Assembly (NCBI RefSeq): GCF_009914755.1
Contig: NC_060930.1
Origin: the human T2T-CHM13v2.0 reference genome, Homo sapiens
DNA: 64,000 bases
Strand: one strand, 5' to 3'
Below the pieces are notes generated by a model. It made no database searches. It was not told the origin of the DNA and saw nothing but the letters and a program-made list of their open reading frames with translations. Positions within the stretch are counted from its first letter, which is position 1; each line of letters begins with the position of its first letter. Positions 41,337 through 63,895 of the stretch are shown here, piece by piece. Both the position numbers and the translations under genes were made by a program.

Positions 41337-41366
41337 ATGGCGGCTCCGGGCGGGCGTGGCCAGTGA
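41337..41366 (+). other. Upstream ORF MAAPGGRGQ* in the GTF3C6 leader
   Basis: AAG ATG G is a strong Kozak context. TGA at 41364-41366 lies 25 nt before the main ATG. It functions only if the TSS is upstream of 41337. Confidence 0.55.
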
Positions 41367-41391
41367 CTAGAAGGCGAGGCGCCGCGGGACC

Positions 41392-41448
41392 ATGGCGGCG
41401 GCGGCGGACGAGCGGAGTCCAGAGGACGGAGAAGACGAGGAAGAGGAG
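41392..41448 (+). CDS. GTF3C6: General transcription factor IIIC subunit 6 (TFIIIC35), coding exon 1
   Basis: ACCATGG Kozak, MAAAADERSPEDGEDEEEE, donor GAG|GTAGTA. Confidence 0.93.
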
Positions 41449-41793
41449 GTAGTAAGCGCTACGCCAAAAGCCTGCACCGCAGTGGCGGTGATGCCTGTGC
41501 TGGCTGTGTGTGGGGAAGGGAGTTGGGGAGCTGCGGGCCGGAGGGAGGCCCCACTGCTCCTCACCGGCTTCTTGCTCCTGGGCGCGAGGAGCCGGGCAGC
41601 TTGGGACCTTAGCCCTAATCGTCACCCCGTACTTGGGATGGGAAGTACCGGGAAGTTACCTTAGGTAGCGTAGTTTCCTCTTGCTGAAAACAGGGTCCGG
41701 TTTTCACAAATGTGGGAAATTTGGCTTCTTTTGCTAATTGCTCCCTCTTGGCCGCTCGCGTGCTAGCATGTTAACCCCTCTTTCTTTCACCAG

Positions 41794-41874
41794 GAGCAGT
41801 TGGTTCTGGTGGAATTATCAGGAATTATTGATTCAGACTTCCTCTCAAAATGTGAAAATAAATGCAAGGTTTTG
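41794..41874 (+). CDS. GTF3C6: GTF3C6 exon 2
   Basis: Polypyrimidine tract + CAG, EQLVLVELSGIIDSDFLSKCENKCKVL, donor TTG|GTGAGT. Confidence 0.95.
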
Positions 41875-42362
41875 GTGAGTTTTCTAGACTTGGGGGGATT
41901 GTTCTAGAGTGTCTTAAATGTAAAACAAGAATCAATGGTGAAATACCTATCCGCAAGTATTGATATATTTATTTCACCTTACAAAGTAGTGAACTCTAAG
42001 GATAAGAAGTATACTAAGTATAATTAATTAATATGTAATTAAGTATAATGTAGAAGTACAGCGGGGACTATGGGAGCAGATAGGAGAAAATGGCTAACTT
42101 TGCTTGCCTGTTTGAATGTGTGGCTGAAGAGAAAGTTACAGATTTGGAGGAAGTAACATTGTGATATGGAACCGTACATATATTCCTGTATTCTCAGCAC
42201 TTTGGGAGGCAGAGGTGGGAGGATCACTTGAGCCCAGGAATTGGAGACCATCCTAGGCAACATAACGAGACCCCTTCTCTAAAATAATAATAAAAAAAAA
42301 TGGCCAGGCGCGGTGGCTCACGCCTGTAATCCCAATACTGGGAGGCCGAGGCGGGTAGATCA

Positions 42363-42883
<521 letters not shown>

Positions 42884-43035
42884 TCAGAGCAGTTGTAGTT
42901 TATCCTGTACTTGGTAGGACAAGATGCTCTAGAGGTTCCCCAGTTTTGGAGATTAGTTTCCTTGGTAGCAAGGTTACAATGTTGAAGCCTTTTTCTAATT
43001 ATGTTTTTTTTTTATGATCCTTTATTCTGTTGTAG

Positions 43036-43099
43036 GGCATTGACACTGAGAGGCCCATTCTGCAAGTGGACAGCTGTGTCTTTGCTGGGGAGTATGAAG
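43036..43099 (+). CDS. GTF3C6: GTF3C6 exon 3
   Basis: TAG acceptor, GIDTERPILQVDSCVFAGEYE, donor AAG|GTAGGA. Confidence 0.95.
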
Positions 43100-43193
43100 G
43101 TAGGAGGATGTCAGATAGATGGAACTCTTTCTGATATGGGCTTTTCAGAGATGGTAGCTCTTCTCAACAATTTGCCTTTGTATTTTTCTGCAG

Positions 43194-43238
43194 ACACTCT
43201 AGGGACCTGTGTTATATTTGAAGAAAATGTTGAACATG
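43194..43238 (+). CDS. GTF3C6: GTF3C6 exon 4
   Basis: TTTTTCTGCAG acceptor, DTLGTCVIFEENVEH, donor ATG|GTAAGT. Confidence 0.95.
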
Positions 43239-43453
43239 GTAAGTGATTGCTAGCCCAGCCCTTTTTAATACGAACTATTTCAATCATACTTAAGCATAAT
43301 AAATATCTCATGTATCCACTGTCTAGCTGTATCATATCCTATCATTTTCCCAAACGTGACTCAGATTATAGTTAAAAAAAAAAAATGCCAGGCTGGGCCA
43401 GGTGGCTCAATCCTGTAATCCCAGCACTTTGGGAGGCCAAGGCAGGCAGGTTA

Positions 43454-43985
<532 letters not shown>

Positions 43986-44498
43986 TGATCTCAAACTCCT
44001 GACCTCAAGTGATCTGCCTGCCTCGGCCTCTCAAAGTGCTGGGATTACAGGTGTGAGCCACCACTCCTGGCCAAGGAATAAAAGAAGGGCTACTTCATAG
44101 GCAGAGCAGCCTACTTTCTAAAGTATGGTATCAATTTATACTCACAGTAGCAATGTATGGAAGTGTCTGTGCTTCATATCCTTGGCTCAAGGGCCTTATC
44201 CTCCGTCCTGCCTAGGCATACAGTTTTCTGAAAGTTTCAACTCCAGGCAGCAGGTTGGCAGCAATTTTTTTCCTCAGGCTTTCATGATTGAGAATGTCCC
44301 TACTCCATACTTTGGCTTCAGGTAGTAAGTCTGACTTTGGTCCTTAATTTGATTGGTAGAATTTTAGATCCCAATACGCTGTAGGGTAAAATTCCTGGCC
44401 CCAATTTCCATTTCAAGGATGAAGCCTGTTAGACCTATGGGTTTAATCTCACTCATAACTCTGTGTTTCTGTCCCTTGAAGATGTTTGTTACTTTTGA

Positions 44499-44762
<264 letters not shown>

Positions 44763-45013
44763 TGAACCACTCGCCTCGGCCTCCCAAAGTGCAGGGATTA
44801 CAGGTGTGAGCCACCGTGCCCAGCCTGTTAATGTATTTTATCTATCATTTTTCTATGCTTGGAGCAGGAGGGATGAGTTATACCTTGAATTTACTACACT
44901 ATCTTGACAGGAAGTAGTTTAATCTGACTCCCTACACTGGAATTACTAAGGCTTCATCTTTGTTTTATTTGATGGCATAAGAAGTATAATAATGTTGTTC
45001 ATTTCTGTTCCAG

Positions 45014-45127
45014 CTGATACAGAAGGCAATAATAAAACAGTGCTAAAATATAAATGCCATACAATGAAGAAGCTCAGCATGACAAGAACTCTCCTGACAG
45101 AGAAGAAGGAAGGAGAAGAAAACATAG
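45014..45127 (+). CDS. GTF3C6: GTF3C6 exon 5
   Basis: TTCCAG acceptor, ADTEGNNKTVLKYKCHTMKKLSMTRTLLTEKKEGEENI, donor TAG|GTTAGT. Confidence 0.95.
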
Positions 45128-45200
45128 GTTAGTTCCATTATTCTCTGAAAACAGGTGATCCAGTACTGGCTTTGACAATGATACATTGATGCCAGGATAG

Positions 45201-45584
<384 letters not shown>

Positions 45585-46087
45585 TAGACGGGGTTTTACA
45601 GTGTTGGCCAGGATGCTCTCAATCTCTTGACGTCATGATCCGCCCGCCTTGGCTTCCCAAAGTGCTGGGATTACAGGCGTGAGCCACCGGTGCCTGGCCA
45701 CGCCCGGCTAATTTTTTTTAGTAGAGACCGGATTTTACCGTGTTGGCCAGGCTGGTCTTAAACTCCTGACCTCAAGTGATCCACCTACCTTGGCCTACAA
45801 AGTGCTGCAATTACAGGTGTGAGCCACTGTGCCTGGCCTCATAATATGTTTAATATATTAAAATTGAGGGTACTCCATCTAAAGTACCAAGCAGAGTTAA
45901 AATTCAGTTGAACTCTCATATAGCTTAGGGCACTGGGGACATAGAAATCTTTTATCTGCTTGGCACTGGAAATGACTGAGGAGTTTTTGAAGAAACTTGG
46001 TATCTAAGCCCTAGGGAATTCAGTAGTGCTTCTCTGTCTCTCTCTTCTCCTTCTCCCTCTCCCCTCTTTAATTAAAAACTTCCTTGT

Positions 46088-46542
<455 letters not shown>

Positions 46543-46816
46543 TGAACTCCTGACCTCAGATGATCAACCTGCCTCGGCCTCCCAAAGTGCTGGGATTACA
46601 GGTGTGAGCCACCGCCCCTGGCCAAAAGCTGGCTTTAAATGTGGGGGAGACTGTAGGACCACAGTTGTTAGTCCTCAGTCTAGTTTTTGTTATTATTATT
46701 AAATTATTTTATTTGAGACAGGGTCTCACCCTGTCACCCAGGCTGGAATGCAGTGGTGTGATGTTGGCTCACTGTGACCTCTGCCCCCCATCCCCCTACC
46801 TCAGCCTCCCCAGTAG

Positions 46817-46990
<174 letters not shown>

Positions 46991-47258
46991 TGAGTAGCTG
47001 AGACTACAGGCGCATGCCACCATGCCCAGCTAATTTTTGTATTTTTAGTAGAGACAGGGTTTCACCATGTTGGTCAGGCTGGTCTGGAACTGACTTCATG
47101 ATCTGCTTGCCTCAGCCTCCCAAAGTGCTGGGATTACAGGCATGAGATGCTGCACCCAGCCTTTGTATTTTTAGTAGAGACGGAGTCTCACCCTGTTGCC
47201 TGGGCTTGCCTAGAACTCCTGAAGAGACCACTGTGCCCAGCCTTTCTTTTCCTTTTGA

Positions 47259-47387
<129 letters not shown>

Positions 47388-47390
47388 TGA

Positions 47391-47582
<192 letters not shown>

Positions 47583-48403
47583 TAGCTGGGATTACAGGCA
47601 CGCACCAGCACGCCCAGCTAATTTTGTATTTTTAGTAGAGAGATGGGGTTTCTCCATGTTGGTCAGGCTGGTCTCGAACTCCCGACCTCAAGTGATCCGC
47701 CCACCTCAGCCTCCCAAAGTTTTGGGATTACAGGTGTGCACCACCGCACCCAACCTTTTTTTTTTTTTTTTTTTTTTAAATAGAGACAGGATCTTACTAT
47801 GTTACCCAGCTGGTCTCAAACTCCTGGGCTCAAGTGATCCTCCTGCCTCAGCCTCCCAAAGTGTTGGGATTACAGTGATGAGTTCTTAATTTGCATCCAC
47901 TTATTCTTCTTCACTTGCTAGTCACCACATACTAGAGACTTTTAGACTAGTGCTTCTTTCACCTGAAGCAGACACGTTTGTGGAGTTGAAAAAATAATAA
48001 TTTGATGGTTTAAAAGTTCACTGCTCAACAACATATTTGAAACTCTAGTAAATAAGATTCTCATGATGAGTATAGCTTAACAAGGAATAAACATTTGAAG
48101 GTACATTGATCTTATAAAATTAATTGTATCATCTATATACAACTATATAATAAACCCTTGTTCCTATTATGTATATCCCTGAACTATCCCCTTTTTTAGG
48201 CACCTTGTAATAATTATAAGAAGAAAGAGGTACTAGGTTCTAGAATAAACTTGAAAGGCTGACTTGTATCATAAGCTTAGCTATCATTGGGATATTCTTA
48301 TTAGAGTGAGTTTCCTCTTCCTAGTCTTTAATAATCTGACAGATCTTTGGGAATATTTGGGTGTTTTGTTTAGTCAAGTAAATGAGCAACCAACAATTCG
48401 AGT

Positions 48404-49228
<825 letters not shown>

Positions 49229-50131
49229 ACGGCTACATGCTGGAGGCAAAACAGGACAGAGGAAGTGTGACCGTTACCTTCTAGGAACTTGCATTCTAAA
49301 GTAAATTACATTGAAACAGACATGGATGAATAAGAGTGAACATCAAATTCATTCTATTTTAAGTACTGTGCTAAATAACAGAATAAAGGAAAGCTTCAAG
49401 ATTTTGAGTCTGGCTGACTAGGAGAACGATGTTATTGCGGGAAAAAAATATGAATATCTATAGTTGAAGCTGAATTGGAAGAAAAAGGACTAATAACCAG
49501 GCGCAGTGGGTCATGCCTGTGATCCCAGCACTTTGGGAGGTGAGGCGGGTGGATGGCTTGAAGTCAGGAGTTCGAGACCAGCCTGGCCAACATAGTGAAA
49601 TTCCGTCTCTATTGAAATACAAAAATTAGCCAGGCATGGTGGCACACACCTGTAATCCCAGCTACTCGGGGGGCTGAGGCACAAGAATCGCTTGAACCAG
49701 GGAGGCGGAGGTTGCACTGAGCCAAGATCGTACCCACTGCACTCCAGCCTGGGTGACAGAGCGAGACTTTGTCTTAAAAAAAAAAACATTGTAGGGAAGT
49801 GATAAGTTTCCTTGAAGGCATGAGATGGCAGAGAGTGCTCAAATTATTTCTTAGAATGAGCTGAGAACTGAACTCTGGAAAAAGGCATGGAATAGTAATC
49901 AAAGTTGGTAACGTAGTGATTTTGATGGTACCTACCTAATAGGCATTCCAAGGTCTCCAGAGAAGATGCAAATTATATTTTATCAGTAGTTACAGACACC
50001 ATATTCCTTGGTTTATGTTAGGCTTTCAGTTTGACATGTATTCATAGGATAGAAATTTAAATTAAAGAAAAATATACTAAAATTCATTTTTTGTTTCTTT
50101 TTTTGTTTATTCCTCATCCCCTCCAAATTAG

Positions 50132-50412
50132 GTGGGGTGGAATGGCTGCAAATAAAGGATAATGATTTCTCCTATCGACCCAACATGATTTGTAACTTTC
50201 TACATGAAAATGAAGACGAAGAAGTGGTAGCTTCAGCCCCAGATAAATCTTTGGAATTGGAAGAGGAAGAGATTCAAATGAACGACAGTTCAAACCTGAG
50301 TTGTGAACAGGAGAAACCAATGCACTTGGAAATAGAAGATTCTGGTCCTCTTATTGATATACCTTCTGAGACAGAAGGTTCTGTTTTTATGGAAACTCAA
50401 ATGCTGCCTTAG
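50132..50412 (+). CDS. GTF3C6: GTF3C6 exon 6 (last coding exon)
   Basis: TAG acceptor, GGVEWLQIKDNDFSYRPNM...FMETQMLP*. The exon sum 57+81+64+45+114+281 = 642 nt gives 213 aa. Confidence 0.95.
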
Positions 50413-50473
50413 AAATCACTCCTAGATGAAATGTTTCTCATAATAACTTGTCAAGAACTTTTTAGAGTTGTTA

Positions 50474-50479
50474 CATAAA
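50474..50479 (+). terminator. Probable variant poly(A) signal CATAAA of GTF3C6
   Basis: The only plausible hexamer I saw shortly after the stop, followed by T-rich sequence. Confidence 0.45.
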
Positions 50480-51056
50480 AATAATTGCTGTGTAGCTTTC
50501 AGTCTTTTAATATTTTATTGCATTTTATTGGCTATACACACATATCCAGTCATAACACAACTTATTGTACCAGAATCATTTGGGACCAGACATGAGTTGG
50601 ATTTTTAAAATACAGTTTAGGCTGGGTGCAGTGGCTCACACCTGTAATCTCAGCACTTTGGGAAGCTGAGGTGGGAGGATCACTTGAGCAGCCTAGGAGT
50701 TTGAGACCAGTCTGCGTAACATAGGGAGGCCCTGTCTCTACAAAAAGTTTTTTAGAATTAGCTGGACATAGTGTCGTGTGCCTATGGTACCAGCTACTGG
50801 GCAGCTGACGTGGGAGGATGGCCTGGGACTGGGAACTCGAGGGTGCAGTGAGCTGTGTTTGCACCTCTGTACTCTCGCCTGGGTGACACAGTGAGACCGT
50901 CTCAAAAAATAAGTAAAATGAGGCCGGGCGCGGTGGCTTACGCCTGTAATACCAGCACTTTGGGAGGCTGAGGTGGGTGGATCATGAAGTCAGGAGATCA
51001 AGACTATCCTGGCTAACACGGTGAAAACCCGTCTCTACTAAAAATACACAAAATTA

Positions 51057-51224
<168 letters not shown>

Positions 51225-51281
51225 TTAAATGACTTTAGGGACCCTTCTGAGTCCTTTAAATTCAAGGTTGTATTAAGGTAA

Positions 51282-53120
<1,839 letters not shown>

Positions 53121-53877
53121 AAGTATTTTATCAAGAAAAATAATTCCCACTTGAGAAAGATTATTGGAAGTCAGCTGTATTAGTCATTTTATTATGGCAG
53201 TAAAATAAATCTGTGCTAGTTTATATTTTTTAAGTAAATTATTCACTCTTTGATACTTTGATACTTTGTTGAGCTGTGTAAAATTGCTAATATTTGATTG
53301 TTTCCAACTACAAAACAACAGCAATTTCCTATAGTTTAACCTAGTACCAGTAAGTTAAAACATACCTCATGTTAATTACATCTCACAATTGATGGAGATA
53401 TAGCTATTTTAACAGATTAAAGAGCTAATGTTCTAGGATGAAGAATTTTTTTTTTTTTTAAATCAAGTTCTGGCTCTATCACCCAGGCTGTAGTGCAGTG
53501 GCACAATCTGGGCTCACTGCAACCTCCACCTCGTGGGCTTAAGCCATCCTCCCACCTCAGCCTCCCTAGTAGCTGGACTACAGGGGTGTGTGACCACACC
53601 CAGCTTATTTTTGTATTTTTTGTAGAGATAGGGTTTTGCCATGTTGCCCAGGCTGGTCTCAAACTAGTGAGCTCAAGTGATCCTCCTGCCTTGACAAAGT
53701 ACTATAATTACAGGTGTGAGCCATCATGCCTGGCCCAAAGAATTTTTTCTTCAAAAAGTTTTGTATTTAATTGGAAAATACCTTAATAAAAAGCATTTTC
53801 AAATCATAAGCAGATGATTATAAGCATAATCTTTCCAATGTCTGTATGACTTTTTAATTTTTTTACTTTTGAGATAG

Positions 53878-54048
<171 letters not shown>

Positions 54049-55524
54049 TAGTGAACAGCTTATTGTTCCCCCTATATGTATGTATAGGAGAGAATGCTAA
54101 TTGCCTGACCCAATTATCTATTCTCCCTTTTTGGCTTTGTATCAGAATCCCAGAATGTATTCAGGTTAGCAACGTGCCTAGCTTTCCTTGCAGATATATG
54201 TGGTCATATGACTAAGTTCCGGCATTGACATGGAATAAGAAGTGCTGAGTGATGGAAAAAAAAAAACAAAAACAAAAAACCAAGAAAAAAACAAGTGCTG
54301 ACTGGTGCTTCTGGGAAGTTTCCTTTAACTTAAAGGCTTAAGAGGAAGCAGCAGGGCTCATCTGTTCCTGCTGGAACATGGATGTGGTAGCTAGAGCTCC
54401 ATCCAGCAGCATTCTTGGACTTCAAAGTAACTTTGGAAATAGAAGTCATGAATGGCAGAGCAGCAATATAGAAGACTGGGTCCTGATACTGTGAGATTAC
54501 CCAGTACTGCTATGAGTAAAGGGTTAATAAAATCCTTTCTCTCTCCCTGGTGAAATGACCTCGAATTTGGCTTTCAGCACTGTTTCTCTGGAAACCTACT
54601 AGGCAAGGTAATAATGGAATGTCAGCTGTAATATTAGGCAATATTGTTTATGATTAAAAATGAGCCCTTAGCTGGGCACGGTGGCTCACACTTGTAATCC
54701 CAGCACTTTGGGAGGCCAAGATGGGTGGATCACTTGAATCCAGGAGTTCGAGACCAGCCTGAGTGGCATGGCAAAACCCTCTCTAAAAAAACACACAAAA
54801 AAGTAGCTGGGCATGGTGGTGCATGCCTGTAGTCCTAGTTACTTAGAAGGCTGAGGCAAGAGGATTGCTTGAGCCTAGGAGGTGGAGGTTGCAGTGACCC
54901 GAGATCACACCATGCCACTGTACTACAGGGCAGGACTGTGTCTCAAAAAAAAAAAAAAAAAAAAAAGACACCTTATTGGTAAACTATCTGGACCAGGAAG
55001 ACTAACACGTACTACAAATGCCCATTCAAAACATGGGCTTTGGGATTCCTTAAGTGTGGTGTTCCTTATTGCAAATATTTCTGGAAGCAATACTCATGTA
55101 CTGTTTCAACAGGAATTGGTTTTTCTGGAGCATAAAGCTTCTAAGCCAGGTGGCTTCTGCACCCACCGAAAATGATCTTGTTTCTTTACCCCTCAGCTGA
55201 CACTTGGGAGGCTGGAGTAAAGACTCCTGCAGAAATAAGTCTCATGCTGCTGTGTTGCTGTGCTGTTCCTTGTTCTGTATCCTGGAATACTAAGTGAGCT
55301 GGGTGCCAGATTGGGTTCCACAAGGCTTGTTGGGGTCCTGTGATTGTGAATGTCTTTCCAAACCTGTAGCTATTGCTGCTGTTTAGGCAGAGAAGGCAGA
55401 GGCTTTGCCACTTTCTACCTAAGAGAGAAATAAGCTACTCTCTTCGTTAGGTCACTCTCTGTAATAGCCAAACATAATACTAATTGATACATATGTATTT
55501 TATTTATTTATTTTTATTTTTTGA

Positions 55525-55822
<298 letters not shown>

Positions 55823-56634
55823 TAGAAAACATGAAAAATATTAAAAAGTAGGCCAGGCGTGGTGGCTTATGCCTGTAATCCCAGACTTTGGGAGGCCAAA
55901 GCAGGAGGACTGCCTAAACTAGGAGTTCAAGACCAGCCTGGGCAAGATAGCAAGACCTCATCTCTATTAAAAGTATAAAGAAGTGGAATATTCTTGAGAT
56001 TTGTAATCTTGCAAAAGAAACTCATCTACACGATAGTGTAGTTCTACCTTAAATTGAAGAGGAAAATAAAATCTTAAATTCTGACGAAAACATACATGTT
56101 AAGCTCCTTACCTATTTATAAGTGTTTCAAATTTAGTAAAATAAAGTCTTATTTTTTAACTATGTAATATTTTGTGAGACTAGAATTTCATTTATGAATT
56201 TCTTTGCCATTTAATTGCCTTAGTAACTCACTAGGATTACTTAAAAGCTAATGTTAGAACCAGAGTCCCTGTATAGCTATCACACTAAGTACTACTTTTA
56301 AAAAAAAATTAAGTAATATTATTTTTAAAAAATAGAGAAGGGGTTTGGCCAGTTGCCCAGCCTGGTCTTGAGCTCCCGGGCTCAAGCCATCTGCCTGCCT
56401 CAGCCTCCCACTAAGTACTACTTTTGACACTGAATGCAGTGGATTGCTTTTGTTGACAAATAATACTTTTCAATTTAAAAGGATCATATCGTTGCCTGGG
56501 CGCAGTGGCTCACGTCTGTAATCCCAGCACTTTGGGAGGCCGAAGTCAAGGTAGGCAGATTGCTTGAGCCCAGGAGTTCGAGACCAGCCTGGACAACATG
56601 GAGAAACCCCATCTCTACAAAAAACATAAAAATT

Positions 56635-57001
<367 letters not shown>

Positions 57002-57656
57002 TCACCTGAGCCCAGGGAGGTCAAGGCTGCAATGAGCTGTGATCATGCCCCTACATTCCAGCCTGGGCAATAGAGCAAAACCTGTCTCAAAAAAAAAAAA
57101 AAAAAAAAAAAAAAAAAGCCGGGCGCAGTGTCTCACGCCTGTAATCCCAGCATTTTGGGAGGCCGAGGCAGGCAGATCACAAGGTCAGGAGATCGAGACC
57201 ATCCTGGGTAACACGGTGAAACCCCGTGTAAAAAATACAAAAAAATTAGCCGGGCGTCATGGCAGGTGCCTGTAGTCCCAGCTACTCCGGAGGCTGAGGC
57301 AGTAGAATGGCGTGAGCCCGGGAGGCAGAGCTTGCAGTGAACCGAGATTGCGCCACTGCGCTCCAGCCTGGGCGACAGAGTGAGACTCCGTCTCCAAAAA
57401 AAAAAAAAAAAAAAAAAGATTGTATTGTTAAGGTGCATCATGGAGAATTATTCCTTAAGCCCATTATAAAAAATGTTTGCAGCTGGGCACGGTGGCTCAC
57501 GCCTGTAATCCCAGCACTTTGGGAGGTCAAGGCAGGTGGATCATGAGGTCAGGAGATCGAGACCATCCTGGCTAACACAGTGAAACCCTGTCTCTACTAA
57601 AAATACAAAAAAATTAGCCGGGCGTGGTGGCATGCGCCTGTAGTCCCAGCTACTCA

Positions 57657-57794
<138 letters not shown>

Positions 57795-58161
57795 TCATTA
57801 TGTACTGCACAGCTGATCATAAATTTATGGATAGACAGCCAGCTCAGTGAAACTACTGACGATATATACTTTTCTATTTGTATAGCAGCAGTTTTTAATT
57901 TTTTAGAATCTCTTATTTCCTCTTGTTCCAATAGCTTATGTGAAAATATTCAACTTTCCTAATATGTCTAAGGTTTACATGGAATTATCTTCCAGAAATG
58001 TTTGTATTGATTTTGGAGATGAATTTGCTATATTTTATGACTTTGACCATTATTTCCCTGTGGAATGAGAAAATGCTGTTTATAAAATTGCCCATAAGTA
58101 CATTTTACTTTATTAATACAGTACAAAGTAAATATACACCTTTGTTAATGTCAATTTGTAG

Positions 58162-58443
<282 letters not shown>

Positions 58444-58651
58444 TGAGCTTAGGAGATCCACCTCCCTCAGCCTTCCAAAGTGCTGGGATTACAGGTGTGA
58501 TCCACGGAGCCCGGCCATACTTGTGTATCATTAATAAGAAGGTGAAAATAGTAGAGGTTCTAGTTTTCTCAGATGCAAAATAAGATCTCTTTTACTATCA
58601 TGTATGAAAAATTTTATTTTGTACTCTTATTTCATGCTCCCATTTGGGAAC

Positions 58652-59328
58652 TGTATTATTTTCCACTATTGCTGTAACAAATCACCACAAACTAGTGGCT
58701 TAAAACAACATCAATTTATTATCTTACAGTTCAGGAGGTCAAATTCTTAGTTCAAGGCTGGGCGTGGTGGCTAACGCCTGTAATCCCAGCACTTTGGGAG
58801 GCCAAGGTCAGGAGTTTTGAGACAGGCCTGGCCAACATGGTGAAACCCTGTTCTCTACTAAAAATACAAAAAAAATTAGCTGGGCATGGTGGTCTATGCC
58901 TGTAATCCTAGCTACTCAGGAGGCTGAGGCAGGAGGATTGCTTGAACCCAGGAGGCAGAGGTTGCAGTGAGCTGAGATCATGCCACTGCACACTCCAGCC
59001 TAAGCAACAGAGTGAGACTCCATCTCAAAAAAAAAAAAAAGACAAAAAACAATTGTAAGTTCCAGTGTTATGGGGCTAAAATCAAGATCTCTTTCCTTGC
59101 TTTTTCCAGGTTATAGAGGCTGCCTGAATTCCTTGGTTTGTAGCTCCTTCCTCCATATTCAAAGCCAGCTGCATTACATCTTCTCTCTCTCACTCTGACC
59201 TCTGCTTCCATTATCACATTTCCTTCTCTGACTCTTAAACTTCTGCCTCCCTCTTATAAAGTCCATTGTCATTAGATTGGTGCTCATCTGGAAAATCCAA
59301 GATAATCTCCCTATTTAAAGATTCTTAG
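58652..59328 (-). mobile_element. Truncated MLT1 LTR interrupted by an Alu
   Basis: TGTATT..TGCTGTAACAAATCACCACAAACT..AATCCAAGATAATCTCCC..AAGATTCTTA. Confidence 0.7.
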
Positions 59329-60105
59329 CTGGTCCTGCCGCAGCCTCCTGGGTGGCTGGGATTACAGGCTCCTGCCAGCATGCCTGGCTGATTGATTTTT
59401 GTGTTTTTGGTGGAGGCTGGGTTTCACCATGTTGACCAGACTGGTCTTGGACTCCTGACCTCAGGAGATCTGCCTGCCTCAGCCTCCCAAAGTGCTAAGG
59501 ACCATGTACTTTCTTATAGGGGGTGCTGCTCTAGTATTTGTTTGTATTAGCTTCTTTCAAAAGAATTTGTCAAGAATAACTTGACCTATATTTAGATTTA
59601 TAAAATGTAACAATATTTTCTATACTTTTACTCAACTGTATCATACATTTTTTTAAATGGTGATTAGTAACTTTGTACTGTTAAATACTCATTTGGAATT
59701 TTTTCATGAGAGGCCAGTTCAAATTACATGTATATATCAAAACAACTACAATTTAAGGATAAATGAAATACAATTGTATTAACTTACAACAATTACTGAA
59801 CATGTCAGTACAACATGTTACTGAAAAGTTATTAAGGGGAGAATGATAGGGACCATGCTATTCACAAATTATTTTCACGAAAATAAATACTTGAATTAAT
59901 CAATTTAAGTGTGTGACACTTCTGAATATTTTGTTCATGTCATTCATTTGCTATGCAAATTCTTCACTGTGCAGTGTACTCCTATTTGTATTCTGATAAT
60001 AATGAGTGGGTTAATAAAGTTTTACTGAAAAAAAAAATTCTTAGCCAGGTGCGGTGGCTCACGCCTGTTATCCCAGCACTTTGGGAGGCCGAGGCAGGTG
60101 GATCA

Positions 60106-60402
<297 letters not shown>

Positions 60403-60404
60403 TC

Positions 60405-63895
<3,491 letters not shown>

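Larger units (their letters stand above)
41065..41765. promoter_or_regulatory. GTF3C6: CpG-island promoter of GTF3C6
   Basis: GC/CpG-rich stretch with E-box CACGTG (41186-41191), ETS CCGGAAG (41229-41235), CCAAT (41295-41299) and YY1 CAAGATGGCGGC (41333-41344). No TATA box seen. Confidence 0.85.

Noticed and set aside
40809-41664. Overlapping 65-182 aa ORFs on both strands at the CpG island
   Set aside because: Stop codons are rare in GC-rich DNA. Only 41392-41448 fits the spliced GTF3C6 frame.
43131-43148. Alternative acceptor TTTTCAG at 43148 that would add 45 nt in frame to exon 4
   Set aside because: It would leave a 49-nt intron, below the usual human minimum.
45031-45036. AATAAA inside coding exon 5 (also in exon 2)
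   Set aside because: Explained by Asn-Lys codons, with no support for cleavage.
47880-47960. Possible Y RNA pseudogene (TTCACTTGCTAGTC)
   Set aside because: Only a short similarity, with no matching 5' stem, tail or TSD.
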